NCBI GenBank assembly: GCA_963847445.1
Contig: CAWJZV010000004.1
Location: 64,001-128,000 of the forward strand
Source of the DNA: an uncultured delta proteobacterium
Lineage (GTDB): Bacteria; Desulfobacterota; Binatia; UBA9968
Direction: 5' to 3'
DNA length: 64,000 nucleotides
Positions 63,426-64,000 of this stretch are shown piece by piece (positions within the stretch are counted from its first letter, which is position 1; every line of letters starts with the position of its first letter). Position numbers and translations under genes: made by a program. Under the pieces are notes generated by a model. The model had not been told where the DNA came from. It searched no databases and worked only from the letters and a program-made list of their open reading frames with translations.

Positions 63426-64000
63426 ATGGCGCCAGCCAAGAAACGTTACAAAGTTCTCGTCCTGTTCGGCAGTGCCGGCACGCCGCCGGCCAATCAAGAT
63501 TTCACCAAGGAGTTGACAACCGAAGATTTCGCCGCCGAAGCCCATGTCATCGACGCCTTGAAGAACAGTCGGCCACGAAGTTCGCACCCTAGGCATTTGG
63601 GACGAAGCGTCGTTGATCGTCGACGAGATCAAGGCCAACGTGCCCGATGTCGTGTTCAATCTCACCGAGCATTTCAACGAGATCTCCGCCTACGACCGCA
63701 ACGTCGCCGGGCTACTCGAAATGATGGCCGTGCCCTATACCGGTTCGAGTCCGACCGGACTTACACTGTGCAAAAACAAAGGCATGGCGAAGGAGCTGCT
63801 CGCCTATCACAAAATTCGCGTGCCCAATTTTGCGATTTACTCGCCGGGCGCGACGATCAAGCGGCCGAGCCGTCTCAAGTTTCCGTTGTTTATCAAGCCC
63901 GCCGAAGACGAAGCTTCCTACGGCATCTCGCAGGACTCCTTCGTCGAAGACGATGCATCGTTCGAAGAGCGCATTCGCTTCATCCATGAGCGCATGAATC
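63426..64000 (+). CDS. D-Ala-D-Ala-ligase-like ATP-grasp protein; frameshift near 63567; runs off the right edge
   Basis: After the shift: GHEVRTLG..PDVVFNLTEHF...LLEMMAVPYTGS...LCKNKGMAKELL..HKIRVPNF..FPLFIKP..EASYGISQDS.V. Confidence 0.85.

Overview
GC-rich bacterial chromosomal window with about 55 genes and no rRNA, tRNA, CRISPR array, prophage or intact IS that I could detect. The gene repertoire (many NMT1/SsuA-type binding proteins, amidohydrolases, a Rieske oxygenase, stand-alone TPP E1 pair, Bug-like fragments) resembles Candidatus Binatia / delta-proteobacteria-like organisms, which is inference only. Many genes, including housekeeping ones (typA, purM, purN), are broken by single-base frameshifts, most likely long-read consensus errors; I stitched these by reading across frames. 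Housekeeping blocks: tsaE-lysC-cimA-cysE-mnmA-mtaB-rnc, an ABC exporter pair, typA, AsmA-like, tatA, DegP-type protease, mgtE, purM-purN, NitT/TauT ABC importer. Most notable: (1) a glycine/sarcosine/betaine-reductase-like 'component B' cluster at 1-6327 with an in-frame UGA (T-U-G-T-C-S-R-S) followed by a SECIS-like hairpin, two divergent GrdE-like proproteins, binding proteins and a DHDPS-family lyase, with no grdA/C/D or thioredoxin genes in view; (2) a zinc-metallopeptidase plus Ddl-like ATP-grasp gene pair at the right edge; (3) enzymes with altered catalytic motifs (SdhA-like flavoprotein with a 2Fe-2S-only partner; TPP E1 alpha lacking the YRxxGH loop); (4) an RhlA/PhaG-like hydrolase and a TIMP-like exported protein; (5) a consensus sigma-28 promoter ahead of an HDOD gene; (6) several families of short-period tandem or inverted intergenic repeats, REP-like palindromes and gene-end remnants (vapC, mgtE, Bug).
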